DNA from: a virus
Lineage: Duplodnaviria; Caudoviricetes
IMG/VR virus record: IMGVR_UViG_3300031853_000021
Span: 14,689-78,688 of that record
Length of the DNA: 64,000 bases
Reading direction: 5' to 3' (one strand)
Shown here piece after piece: positions 25,965 through 34,759 of this stretch; positions within the stretch are counted from its first letter, which is position 1, and every line of letters begins with the position of its first letter. Below the pieces are notes generated by a model, which made no database searches, was not told where the DNA came from, and saw nothing but the letters and a program-made list of their open reading frames with translations. Made by a program: the position numbers and the translations under genes.

Positions 25965-26528
25965 TCACCACTTTTCGATGCCTTCGATCCCGAACAGCTT
26001 CACCGACATCTTCCTGATCAGTTCCTTTGACCAGCGCGACGGCGTGTTCTTTCCGCAGTTCTGGATCTCTGCCACTTCTTCGAATGATTTCCCGTCGATA
26101 TAGTGCAGCCGGAAGGCTTCGTACTTGTACAGCATCCGGTTGTCTTCATACTCCTGCCGCAGTTCCTCCATCGCTCTGTCGATGTTCGCGATCATCATCG
26201 CCGTCTTCAGCTTTGTCCGCCGCACGCTTTCAAGGTGCGTGTTCTCCTGCATCAGTGATTCGAATTCTGTCGCGTCCATCTCTTCGACTTCGGATATAGC
26301 ATTCTCGACATGCCTTCGCATCTCGATGTACTGTTCCATCAGGATCCGCGTATTATACAGGATCCTGTTCCGCTGGATCTTCCTTTCGGCTTCCATCGTG
26401 TCCTGCACGATCTTCCGGATCTCCACTTCTTTGTCTTCCTGCTGCATTCGGTCATCACTCCCCGTTTGTATAGTTTCGTTCTTCCGTCCCTCTGCCGCTG
26501 CCGTCAGGCGGCTTTGATCTTCTTCCAT
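25965..26528 (-). CDS. Late transcriptional regulator (sigma-70 region 4-like HTH; ArpU/RinA-like position)
   Basis: FRLHYIDGKSFEEVAEIQNCGKNTPSRW; last early gene before the packaging genes; true start may be about 26447. Confidence 0.7.
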   Translation of the reverse strand: MEEDQSRLTAAAEGRKNETIQTGSDDRMQQEDKEVEIRKIVQDTMEAERKIQRNRILYNTRILMEQYIEMRRHVENAISEVEEMDATEFESLMQENTHLESVRRTKLKTAMMIANIDRAMEELRQEYEDNRMLYKYEAFRLHYIDGKSFEEVAEIQNCGKNTPSRWSKELIRKMSVKLFGIEGIEKW

Positions 26529-27249
26529 ATCTGCGGCGCGGCCTTCTTACCATCGGCAGGCCGTGCATCCGCCTGTAGTTGTTCGATGCTTTCGCCCTGG
26601 CTTCGTAGTATCTGCGCCATGCCCTGATTTCTGCCTTGCGCTTCTCGCTTGTCATCAGCGTTTCGCGCGCCTGCTGCACGATCCTGTCCAGATCTTCCGC
26701 CATGTCCTTCACGATGTCGCCCAGCCGGTCGAACGCTTCGCCCAAGCGCCGCGCCAGATCCTGCATCATTTCGTTCGCGGCCTTCGCCGCTTCGACGTAT
26801 GCGTCCCGCAGATGAAGCGCAGCCTTCACTTCGTTCGCGGCTTCCAGCGGCGTCTTCTCCTTCATCTTCGCATATTCTTCGATGCGACTTTTGATCAGAT
26901 CCGGATCTGCGCCTGTCATGTCTGCGATCTGGCTGATCCGCTCTTCGTATTCGATCAGTTCGCGGATCTGCTTCATGGTAGCTTCCGGAAGTGTCTGGAT
27001 CTCTGCCGGAAGTTCTTTTTCGCCCTCTTCCTGCCGCCCTGTGTCCTCTGTGACGGCCTTTTCTGCTTCCTGTGATGAAATACCCGCCTGCACGCTTTCG
27101 CCGCTCTGTGCGCCGTTCTGTGCGTCGTCCTGCTGCTGTTTTTCGCTTTCCTGCTCCTGCTCCCGCTGCCGGATGCCGAAGAATCGCGCCGCTGCCGTCC
27201 TGATCGCCTTCCAGATCTTCATGTCATCACCTTCTTTCATCCTGATCAC
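26455..27249 (-). CDS. Hypothetical coiled-coil protein
   Basis: Long ORF in the early operon; C-terminal SNNYRRMHGLPM. Confidence 0.65.
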   Translation of the reverse strand: MIRMKEGDDMKIWKAIRTAAARFFGIRQREQEQESEKQQQDDAQNGAQSGESVQAGISSQEAEKAVTEDTGRQEEGEKELPAEIQTLPEATMKQIRELIEYEERISQIADMTGADPDLIKSRIEEYAKMKEKTPLEAANEVKAALHLRDAYVEAAKAANEMMQDLARRLGEAFDRLGDIVKDMAEDLDRIVQQARETLMTSEKRKAEIRAWRRYYEARAKASNNYRRMHGLPMVRRPRRRYGRRSKPPDGSGRGTEERNYTNGE

Positions 27250-27710
27250 GAAAAAGGCAGTTCTTCATCGATCCCGTCGGGAATGTTCATGAATCCGTCC
27301 ACATCTGTCTGCATTTCCTGCTGTCGCGGCTCATGCCCGGCGCTGTGACCGTCTGCCGCTGCCTGCTGGTTCCCGCTGCCGTCCTGCGACTTGCTTTCTG
27401 CGAACTCGATGTCTTCACAGATCACGTCTGTCGTGTATACCTTCGCCCCGTCGCGGTTCGTGTAGGATCCCGTCTGAAGGCGTCCTGTGATGACGACCTT
27501 CGTTCCCTTCTTCAGGTACTTTTCGCAGAATTCGGCGCTTTTGCCGAAGGCCGTGCACGAAGGGAAGTCTGCGGCCTGCTGCCCGTCCTGCCTTCTCTGC
27601 CTTCTGTCGACCGCCAGTGTAAAACGGGCGATACACATCTGATCCTGTTCCTGTGTCCACCTGATTTCGGGATCGCGCGTCAGGCGCCCCATCAAAATGA
27701 CCTTGTTCAT
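27246..27710 (-). CDS. ssb: Single-stranded DNA-binding protein
   Basis: MNKVILMGRLTRDPE, acidic tail DEELPFS. Confidence 0.95.
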   Translation of the reverse strand: MNKVILMGRLTRDPEIRWTQEQDQMCIARFTLAVDRRQRRQDGQQAADFPSCTAFGKSAEFCEKYLKKGTKVVITGRLQTGSYTNRDGAKVYTTDVICEDIEFAESKSQDGSGNQQAAADGHSAGHEPRQQEMQTDVDGFMNIPDGIDEELPFS

Positions 27711-27742
27711 GTTCTTTCCGTCTCCTTCCTGCTTGATCCCGC

Positions 27743-27889
27743 TTATTCGTAGTCGCTGTTCCAGGACGCCCACACAAGGATCAAATATAATCCCATCATG
27801 ACCGTCATGATCGCCATGACCGTCAGCCCGACGATCGACGCGATGATGATCAGCGCATATTTAATGATTGTCAGAATTGTCAGTGCCAT
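27743..27889 (-). CDS. Small hydrophobic (membrane) protein, 48 aa, absent from ORF track
   Basis: MALTILTIIKYALIIIASIVGLTVMAIM...; GAGGAA upstream of the ATG. Confidence 0.5.
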   Translation of the reverse strand: MALTILTIIKYALIIIASIVGLTVMAIMTVMMGLYLILVWASWNSDYE

Positions 27890-28244
27890 TTCCGCATTCC
27901 TCCCTGTACCGTTCCTTCAGTTCCTGCGATCTGCGCAGCATCTTGTCCTTCAGGTTCTCTTCCTTCCGGATGAAGTGCTGGATCGTGCCCGGCCTGCTGC
28001 CGATCTGCCTGTGCAGGCGAATCTGTGCCTGTATCTGCCTTCGCTTCTGGATGTCCAGCCGCATCTGTCTGTCGTACACGCCGACGGTGTAGTGCTTCCC
28101 GCAGTTTTTGCATTCAAAATACTGTTCTGTGACGTCATAACCGTTTCTGTCCTTTGCGATCTGCCGCGTCCACAGTTCGACGTCCGTCTGCTGTCCGCAG
28201 CTGTCGCAGATTACACGGTCATCCGTCAGTGTCATCCCTTCCAT
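27861..28244 (-). CDS. Zinc-ribbon hypothetical protein
   Basis: CDSCG and CKNCG motifs. Confidence 0.65.
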   Translation of the reverse strand: MEGMTLTDDRVICDSCGQQTDVELWTRQIAKDRNGYDVTEQYFECKNCGKHYTVGVYDRQMRLDIQKRRQIQAQIRLHRQIGSRPGTIQHFIRKEENLKDKMLRRSQELKERYREECGNGTDNSDNH

Positions 28245-28599
28245 GCTCTTTCCCTCCTTTCCTGAACACGCTGTAATCTCCGAATGCGTCATACGGCAGT
28301 TCCTGCCGATCGAATCCGGATTCCGGCGGCGGCTTTTCCTCGCCGTCGCCTTCTTCCATGTGTTCGTCTTCGCGCGGATCCTCGACAGGAACGCCGATCA
28401 GATGCGCCATCATTGACGCGATCGCCACGTCGAAGTGTCTTTCGACCTGTGCATAGTGTTCATCCGGCATCGTCTCCCACAGCATCGTCTGAATGTTCCG
28501 GATGCCGTGCAGTGCTTCCTGAAGGCTGTCGCCGTTCAGCAGATTCTTCACGCTGTATGATTTCTTTATCGGTTCCACGAACTTTTCTTTGCTTGCCAT
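28219..28599 (-). CDS. Hypothetical protein
   Basis: ORF coupled to parB. Confidence 0.55.
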   Translation of the reverse strand: MASKEKFVEPIKKSYSVKNLLNGDSLQEALHGIRNIQTMLWETMPDEHYAQVERHFDVAIASMMAHLIGVPVEDPREDEHMEEGDGEEKPPPESGFDRQELPYDAFGDYSVFRKGGKEHGRDDTDG

Positions 28600-30272
28600 C
28601 AGTCTTCGTCCTCCAGATCAATCAGTCCCAGCGATTCCGCGTCGTAGATGTCCATGACGCCGATCACGGCGTATCCTTCCCGGATCCCGCTTGACGTGTT
28701 TTCGTCGTCCACGCACGTCACGACGGCCTTCATCCTGTCGCCTGTGGCCTTTCCGTCCTTCATCGCAAGGATCATCAGCCTGTCGCCCTCTCTGTAGCCC
28801 TGCGCGTCCTTCAGGACGATCATGTACTGGATCTGCTGCGTCTCGATCGCGTGATACATGTCAGCAGACACCCGGATGTATCTTTGCGACCTGTCGTCCT
28901 GCTCCCGCTGCCCGTCCTGGCCTTCCTGCATCGCTTCCAGCTTCTTCTTCGTCTCTCTGTCGATCCTGTCCTGCTCTTCGCTGTATCGCTCTTCGTCAGT
29001 CTTCCGTGCTTCCCGGCGGTCGACGAAGCTGTCGCACTTCATGACGTTCGTCTGCTTCTTCATGCAGGCTTCATAATTGTCGCAGGCGTAGCAGATGCTT
29101 TCCTTCGCTTCCGGATGCGCGTCCACTTCCTTCATCGGCGTGAACAGTCCCGCTTCGATCACCTTGTTCACGAATGCCGTCCAGCTGATCATCTTCCGCT
29201 GCACGAATCGTCCTTCGATCTTCACTTTCAGTTTGATCCCATTCGGCGAACAGTTAATGAACGACACCGGATCCGTGTTCGCGCTGAATTCGTTGTAAGA
29301 TCTGCCGAAGTATTCCTTCAGCTGTTCGATCAGGCCGTCCTTCGTTGTCTGGTCTGTGATCTTCAGCCTTGTCCCTCTGCCCGTCACGTCCTGCCATGCC
29401 GCGAAGATCTCTTCGTCCGCAGGATCCTGATCGTGTGCGAAGCGATCCGCTTCCTGCTGATCCGCGTCATCCTCTTCTTCGAAGTCTTCCGGATAGTTCA
29501 TCTGCCCCGGAATCTCTTCCTGTTCTTCAGCCGCTGCCGCTGCCGCTTTCGCTTCCTTGACGTCTTTCCATGTCAGGCTTCCCGTCTCCTTGTAGCGTTC
29601 CAGCATGTCCCGCTGCCGCTCTTCGTCCATCCCGCTGATCTCATAGGCCGCGCTGAACGTCAGACGGCCTTCTTTCAGTTCCTGTGTGAATTCCGGGATC
29701 AGTCGGTTGTTGATGCTCTCGATCTGCGCGATCTTCGTCCCGGTCATGTTCATGATGGACGCGATCACGTCCCGCAGCCTTCCGGAATCCAGCTTGTAGC
29801 CCTGAAGCGTCAGTCCGTTGTCCTTCATGTACTGAAGCGCGGCCTTCAGCTGCTTTTCCTCTTCCAGAACGTCCATCACGGTCTTGTCGCGGTATGCGTT
29901 CGCCATGATCAGCTGCACCGTCTCTTCGTGTTCCTCTGCCGGATTCTTGATCTGGCACGTGGCGACTTCGAATTCCTTGTATCCCAGATTGCACAGCATC
30001 GTCAGCGCCCGCCAGCGCCTTTCGCCTGCGATGATCCTGTATTCGCCCTTCTCGCACGGTGCATATGTGACCGTCATGTTTTCCAGCAGGCCGCACGTCA
30101 GGATGTCCTGCGCCAGCTTCTCGATGTCGGTCATGCTGTAGAAGTTCTTTTCGTTGCTGTACATCTTCCGGATGCTGATGTCCCGCGTCCGGAACCTTGC
30201 TGTCGGCTTATCGTCGACCGCCGCCTTGCTGTTCTTGTTCAGTGCGTCCAGCACGCTCCATCCTGCCGCCAT
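28599..30272 (-). CDS. parB: ParB-family protein with C-terminal Cys cluster and ASCH/DUF3850-like domain
   Basis: YRIIAGERRWRA arginine patch; central HTH region; C-terminal GYREGDRLMI...GIREGYAVIGV. Confidence 0.85.
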   Translation of the reverse strand: MAAGWSVLDALNKNSKAAVDDKPTARFRTRDISIRKMYSNEKNFYSMTDIEKLAQDILTCGLLENMTVTYAPCEKGEYRIIAGERRWRALTMLCNLGYKEFEVATCQIKNPAEEHEETVQLIMANAYRDKTVMDVLEEEKQLKAALQYMKDNGLTLQGYKLDSGRLRDVIASIMNMTGTKIAQIESINNRLIPEFTQELKEGRLTFSAAYEISGMDEERQRDMLERYKETGSLTWKDVKEAKAAAAAAEEQEEIPGQMNYPEDFEEEDDADQQEADRFAHDQDPADEEIFAAWQDVTGRGTRLKITDQTTKDGLIEQLKEYFGRSYNEFSANTDPVSFINCSPNGIKLKVKIEGRFVQRKMISWTAFVNKVIEAGLFTPMKEVDAHPEAKESICYACDNYEACMKKQTNVMKCDSFVDRREARKTDEERYSEEQDRIDRETKKKLEAMQEGQDGQREQDDRSQRYIRVSADMYHAIETQQIQYMIVLKDAQGYREGDRLMILAMKDGKATGDRMKAVVTCVDDENTSSGIREGYAVIGVMDIYDAESLGLIDLEDED

Positions 30273-30551
30273 TTATTCGCCCTCCTTCTTCGGTTCCTGC
30301 CCTCTCTGCCGCATCTCTTCCGCGAAGTACCTGTCATACGCTTCGAACAGTGCGAACGTCGCCGCGAACAGGACTTCCGGCCTGTCCGTCCCGTTGTGGA
30401 ACGTGACGGAATTGTCGGGATTCGCTTCGATCAGGATCCCTTCGTTCACTTCGTGCTGTGTCCCGTCTCCGTACTTCACGATGAAGTCCGTCTTCGACAG
30501 CTTCAGGACATCCTTCGCATTCAGTCTGATCACATTGTCTTCCTGCTGCAT
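30273..30551 (-). CDS. Hypothetical protein
   Basis: In operon between parA and parB. Confidence 0.6.
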   Translation of the reverse strand: MQQEDNVIRLNAKDVLKLSKTDFIVKYGDGTQHEVNEGILIEANPDNSVTFHNGTDRPEVLFAATFALFEAYDRYFAEEMRQRGQEPKKEGE

Positions 30552-30811
30552 TTCTTTTCCTCCTTCCGGGCGCCAGTCAGCGCCCTGTAGATCTCTTTAT
30601 ATTCCTGTTCGTCGTTCCAGATCCTGCTGTCCAGCGTGTCCAGGCGTTTCGTCAGTCTGGTCACGATCTTCGGCGGCAGTTCGTATCCGTTCCGGACGAC
30701 GATCGACATGATTTCGTATTCACTCTTCAGCGTCAGTTCCGACAGGATCTTGATCTGCGTCATCTTGTTGTCTGCCCTGCGGTATGATCCGCAGATCTCT
30801 TTTTCAGTCAT
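30530..30811 (-). CDS. Hypothetical protein
   Basis: MTEKEICGSYRRAD...QIKILSEL; in operon. Confidence 0.6.
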   Translation of the reverse strand: MTEKEICGSYRRADNKMTQIKILSELTLKSEYEIMSIVVRNGYELPPKIVTRLTKRLDTLDSRIWNDEQEYKEIYRALTGARKEEKKCSRKTM

Positions 30812-31601
30812 ATGCCGCGCCGCCTTCCATGTCTTCGATCAGTTCCTGCGTCACGGCCTGATAGTCCTTCGTCACGATGCAGCCTTTTGAAAACTTCGGC
30901 AGCGGCAGGCGCGCGACCGTTGCCTTCTCCGCCTCGATCGACCGTCTGACGGATGTTCTGAAGCAGTCATACCCGGATACGGTCTTCAGCCATTCTTCGA
31001 CCTGAAGCGATGTCTGATTCTTCTGGCGCATGGTCATCAGCACCTTCGTCCGGATCCCGGCATTCAGGCGCCGAAGATCTTCGATCTGCTCGATCGTGTT
31101 TCCGATGCCCTCGATCTCGAATCCTCCGACCTTCGCCGGGATGATCACCAGATCCGACGCGATCAGGACGTTCGTCACGGTCATGTCCATCAGCAGGCCG
31201 CAGTCCACGATGCAATAGTCGTATGCCCCGTTCACTTCCAGCATCGCCGCCGTGAACCTGGCGATCTGGTCGTCCCTCTCCTTCAGCAGCAGATTCATGT
31301 TCGTCCGCATCAGGTATCCGTTCGCCGGGATGATGTCAATGTGTTCGTACGGTGTCGTCCTGATCAGATCCGCCGTGCTGTATGATCCGCCCGTGCTTCT
31401 GTGTCTTTCCAGCAGTTCCGGCATCCCTGCGCCTTCCGGATCGAAGCTGTCGTACAGCATGGACAGGTTCCCCTGCTGATCCGCGTCGACGCACAGGACG
31501 CGCCGCTGCCTTTCCTCTCCCAGAATGTACGCGATCGATGCCGCCGTCATGGTCTTCCCGATCCCGCCTTTCTGGTTCATTACTGATATGATCTTCATCA
31601 T
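30804..31601 (-). CDS. parA: ParA/Soj ATPase
   Basis: NQKGGIGKT deviant Walker A, VDADQQGN, IVDCG. Confidence 0.92.
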   Translation of the reverse strand: MMKIISVMNQKGGIGKTMTAASIAYILGEERQRRVLCVDADQQGNLSMLYDSFDPEGAGMPELLERHRSTGGSYSTADLIRTTPYEHIDIIPANGYLMRTNMNLLLKERDDQIARFTAAMLEVNGAYDYCIVDCGLLMDMTVTNVLIASDLVIIPAKVGGFEIEGIGNTIEQIEDLRRLNAGIRTKVLMTMRQKNQTSLQVEEWLKTVSGYDCFRTSVRRSIEAEKATVARLPLPKFSKGCIVTKDYQAVTQELIEDMEGGAAYD

Positions 31602-31621
31602 GGTGCGTGTGCCCTCCTTCG

Positions 31622-31930
31622 TTATCCTGCGAATATGTCGTAGTACAGCCGCATCTGTAGATCGCTGAAGCTGTACATCGGCGTCATGTCCGGATCCATT
31701 GGCGGCATCAGGCCGCGCTTCTTGTAGTCCTTGTGCGTGATCTCCGGCGTCGCCCTGAAGTCGATGACGTTCCTTTCCAGATCCTGCTGCCGGATCCGCG
31801 CTTTCCCCGTGTCCTGCTTGATTGATGCCGCCCATCCGTCGAAGATCAGCACCTTTTCTTCTCCTTCCTTCCGGAAGATCCGGACGCGATCCGGATTGTG
31901 CAGCACTTCCGTGAACTCTTTCACTGTCAT
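31622..31930 (-). CDS. Hypothetical protein
   Basis: MTVKEFTEVL start after GAAGGAA. Confidence 0.6.
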   Translation of the reverse strand: MTVKEFTEVLHNPDRVRIFRKEGEEKVLIFDGWAASIKQDTGKARIRQQDLERNVIDFRATPEITHKDYKKRGLMPPMDPDMTPMYSFSDLQMRLYYDIFAG

Positions 31931-32382
31931 AATTCCTTCACCTTCCCTTCCTTCACGATCGACAGGTTCGGCACGCGCGGGATGTTTTCGCCCAGTCCCG
32001 TGTTGATCGGTTTCAGTTTCAGATAGTCTTCCAGCACTTTCACCGCCGCTTCCGCTCCGTAGCACACGACGCAGTAGTTGCCGCGTGCCGCTGCCGCTCT
32101 CATGAATTCCTTCTGTGTGTCCTGTATCCTCCCGCTGCCGTACTTCATTTCGATGTACAGCCCGCAGAATCCCGCCTTCGGTACCGGCAGATGAAGATCC
32201 GGCACGCCTGCCTTCACTCCCATCTGCTTCAGTTTCACGGCTTCGGCCTTGTTCCTGCTGCCGCCGTTCGGCACGTGGTGCAGAAGTTCCAGTTCCGGAT
32301 ACCTCTGCATGTTCCACTGTGCCCAGCTGATCACCGCGATCTGTTCCGTATCCTCTGACCGCAGTGCATACTTCAGATTCAT
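31927..32382 (-). CDS. VRR-NUC domain nuclease
   Basis: HVPNGGSR, GVKAGVPDL, YIEMK. Confidence 0.9.
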   Translation of the reverse strand: MNLKYALRSEDTEQIAVISWAQWNMQRYPELELLHHVPNGGSRNKAEAVKLKQMGVKAGVPDLHLPVPKAGFCGLYIEMKYGSGRIQDTQKEFMRAAAARGNYCVVCYGAEAAVKVLEDYLKLKPINTGLGENIPRVPNLSIVKEGKVKEL

Positions 32383-33275
32383 TCCTTGTTCCTCTCTTCC
32401 CACTGCTTCCGCGCCGCTGCCGTCTCTGCCTTCAGTTCTGCCGCGCGCTGCATGATTTCTTCGTTGTATGGATAGTCGTGAATACCACGGCACCACATGT
32501 TTTCGCGTGCGCCTTGCAGGCCGTAGTTGTAGGCCGTCAGCATGTCGGCGACGTTCCCCGTCACTTCATACAGTTCCGCCAGATAGCTGACGCCGACGCG
32601 GATGTTCATGTATGGATTCATCAGATCCGTGCATCGCTCTTTCCGCATCCTGTCCCGATGCCATCTTTCATTGATCTGCATCAGCCCGACCGATTCCCCG
32701 GAATCTCCGATCGCGTCCCACACGCAGCCGCTTTCCTTCTCGATCAGCGCGAAGACTGTTTCATAATCCACGCCCGCATCCCGGCAGACGATGTATGTGT
32801 AGATCTGCGCGATGACCGGGAATTCGCCCCCAGCCTGCTTCGCCGCTGTCGATATGTCGTGATAGTAGAACCCTTCGATGTTGTCCCAGTCCTGTGACAT
32901 CCGGTTCCACGGGTATCCGTAGGATCCGTAGATCTTGCAGCCGTACTTCGCCATCTGGTTCGCGTCGACCTCTTCAGGCGTCATGATCTCCACCGGCTGC
33001 GTCTCTGCTTCCTGGCTTTCTTCCGGTTCCGGTGCTGCTTCCACGACGGACACGTCCTTCGGCTCTCTGAATACTGTGCACGCGATCGCCATCACTCCCT
33101 TCACCAGACCGAACGCGATCAGGACGAAGACTGCCAGCGCCGCCACGATCAGCGCGATCTGCTTCGCTTTCCGGATGATCCGCCTGCGCTGCCGTCTTCT
33201 TCTCGCTTCCTCTGCCTTGCCGTGCGGGATCCTCCGCCCCGTCCTCCTGCTCTGTTCTTCCGTCCTGTGTTCCAT
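32379..33275 (-). CDS. Membrane-anchored lytic transglycosylase (SLT domain)
   Basis: Basic N-terminus + TM helix; ALIEKES, GLMQI, NIRVGVSYL, AYNYG. Confidence 0.85.
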   Translation of the reverse strand: MEHRTEEQSRRTGRRIPHGKAEEARRRRQRRRIIRKAKQIALIVAALAVFVLIAFGLVKGVMAIACTVFREPKDVSVVEAAPEPEESQEAETQPVEIMTPEEVDANQMAKYGCKIYGSYGYPWNRMSQDWDNIEGFYYHDISTAAKQAGGEFPVIAQIYTYIVCRDAGVDYETVFALIEKESGCVWDAIGDSGESVGLMQINERWHRDRMRKERCTDLMNPYMNIRVGVSYLAELYEVTGNVADMLTAYNYGLQGARENMWCRGIHDYPYNEEIMQRAAELKAETAAARKQWEERNKE

Positions 33276-34165
33276 TTCCCTGTCCTTTCCGGCTGTCTGT
33301 GCAGCCTTGCGTTGATGTAGAATCTGCCGTTCACGTCGTTGTATCTGACTTCGGCCTTCGCGAATGTGTATCCCTGCTGTCCGTACCAGTGCGTCATCTT
33401 GTCCCGGATGCAGCTGCTGTCCGCTGCCATTTCCCGGACGTCCTTCGCCTTGAACTTGTAGTGATTCACCTTTTCTTCCGGCTTCTTCAGTCCCTTCGAC
33501 GGTGTCCACTTCTTCTGCGACTTCTTCTTCTTCTCCTTCGTGATGTACTTCGCCATCCCCGTCAGGCCGTCTTCATCCTTGTCCAGGCGCCGCACCTGAT
33601 TCCGTCTTCCCTTTATCCACAGTTCTTCCACAGTGTCCATGTCGATGTCCCCATCCATGACAATATGATGGTGGAACCTTCCTTCCTGCGTTCCCTCTGT
33701 GGTGTAGACATACCTGGCATTCTTCAGGCCGCGCTTCTTCCTCTGGTAGTTCAAGCGCCTGATGTAGTTCTGCATGTTCTTCAGTGCTTCTTCCATCGTG
33801 GCGGGCATGTCTGCGTCCGTGTAGGTGAACGTCGCCCAGATGTCCCTGTCCCCGAAGTTCGCGTTGATCACTCTTTCGCACTGCTTCCTGCTGTTCTTCT
33901 CGTTCAGGTTCCACTGTGCTTTCCGGTGTTTCTCCTTCTGTGCAGCTGTCGGCGGGATCTCTGCCTGCTGCCCTCTGACGAACTCCGGATAGATCTCCAC
34001 TTCCAGCTGATCGCCTGCCCGGATCTCCTTCGTGGCGTACACTGTCGCCTTCCTGCTGCCCTGAAGGATCCTTTGCACCTGATCTTCTTCCAGATCTTCC
34101 AGTGCTTTGTTATAGGCCGCTTCATAGTCGTATTCGATGACGGCCTTCTTCCTTCTCTTTCTCAT
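33149..34165 (-). CDS. HUH-type rolling-circle replication initiator (Rep)
   Basis: WATFTY (motif 1), RFHHHIVM (HUH), AKYITKE (YxxK). Confidence 0.75.
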   Translation of the reverse strand: MRKRRKKAVIEYDYEAAYNKALEDLEEDQVQRILQGSRKATVYATKEIRAGDQLEVEIYPEFVRGQQAEIPPTAAQKEKHRKAQWNLNEKNSRKQCERVINANFGDRDIWATFTYTDADMPATMEEALKNMQNYIRRLNYQRKKRGLKNARYVYTTEGTQEGRFHHHIVMDGDIDMDTVEELWIKGRRNQVRRLDKDEDGLTGMAKYITKEKKKKSQKKWTPSKGLKKPEEKVNHYKFKAKDVREMAADSSCIRDKMTHWYGQQGYTFAKAEVRYNDVNGRFYINARLHRQPERTGKWNTGRKNRAGGRGGGSRTARQRKREEDGSAGGSSGKRSRSR

Positions 34166-34214
34166 GGTGCGGATGCCCTTCCCCTCTCTCTGATCCCTTG
34201 TATATATGGATTCG

Positions 34215-34240
34215 TTGACTTGTTAGTATCCATTACAAGG
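34215..34240. other. Candidate Rep nick site/origin
   Basis: CTTGT-TAGTATCCATT-ACAAG mini inverted repeat 50-75 bp upstream of rep; CTTG|TTA resembles the CTTG|ATA nick context. Confidence 0.3.
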
Positions 34241-34274
34241 ACGCTTCCGGACTGCCGTCCGTCCCGCGTTTTCA

Positions 34275-34303
34275 TTGACTTTTCGGGCATTTTCCGCTAT
34301 CAT
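34275..34303 (+). promoter_or_regulatory. Sigma-A-type promoter antisense to the early operon
   Basis: TTGACT-17bp-TATCAT. Confidence 0.7.
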
Positions 34304-34309
34304 GAATGT

Positions 34310-34398
34310 GGTGCGTGAAGCGGCTTCCGGATGCCCGGAAGAAGCCCAACATGAAGCCTTCAGGATGCCTTGTCCGCTTCCTGAAGGCTTTTCCTTTT
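34310..34398 (+). ncRNA. Candidate countertranscript (about 90 nt) in the rep leader
   Basis: Promoter, then hairpin CTTCCGG/CCGGAAG, then 12-bp stem AAGCCTTCAGGA/TCCTGAAGGCTT followed by TTCCTTTT. Confidence 0.55.
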
Positions 34399-34531
34399 AC
34401 CCTGCTTTCTTCTCCTGCTGGATAGATCTGACGGCCTTCAGCTTCACCTGTGCTTCTCCGCGCTGCGTGATGATCAGTGCGATCGCTCTGAATGCCTTCA
34501 TCGGATCCGGTGCGTCTCTTCTCTCTTTCAT
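34397..34531 (-). CDS. Small hypothetical protein (44 aa), absent from ORF track
   Basis: MKERRDAPDPMKAFRAIALIITQRGEAQVKLK...; GGAGCGGGAAGG upstream. Confidence 0.5.
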   Translation of the reverse strand: MKERRDAPDPMKAFRAIALIITQRGEAQVKLKAVRSIQQEKKAG

Positions 34532-34549
34532 CCTTCCCGCTCCTTTCCG

Positions 34550-34759
34550 TCAATAGTCGTCTTCGATCTGTTCGTCGGCGTCCGTGTAGTATTCGCCGTC
34601 GTATCCCTTCGCCATAACCTTCTGATAGCATTCCCAGCAGACCCGCCGGAACGTGATCCCGTGACAGTCATGTGTGAACAGCATGTCGCTTCGCGGCCTG
34701 ATCCTGTTGCATACCGGGCACAGCCGCATGTCTTCATAGCTTTCCGTCATCTTTGCCAC
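34550..34759 (-). CDS. Small zinc-finger protein
   Basis: CPVC...HDCH...CWEC. Confidence 0.7.
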   Translation of the reverse strand: MAKMTESYEDMRLCPVCNRIRPRSDMLFTHDCHGITFRRVCWECYQKVMAKGYDGEYYTDADEQIEDDY

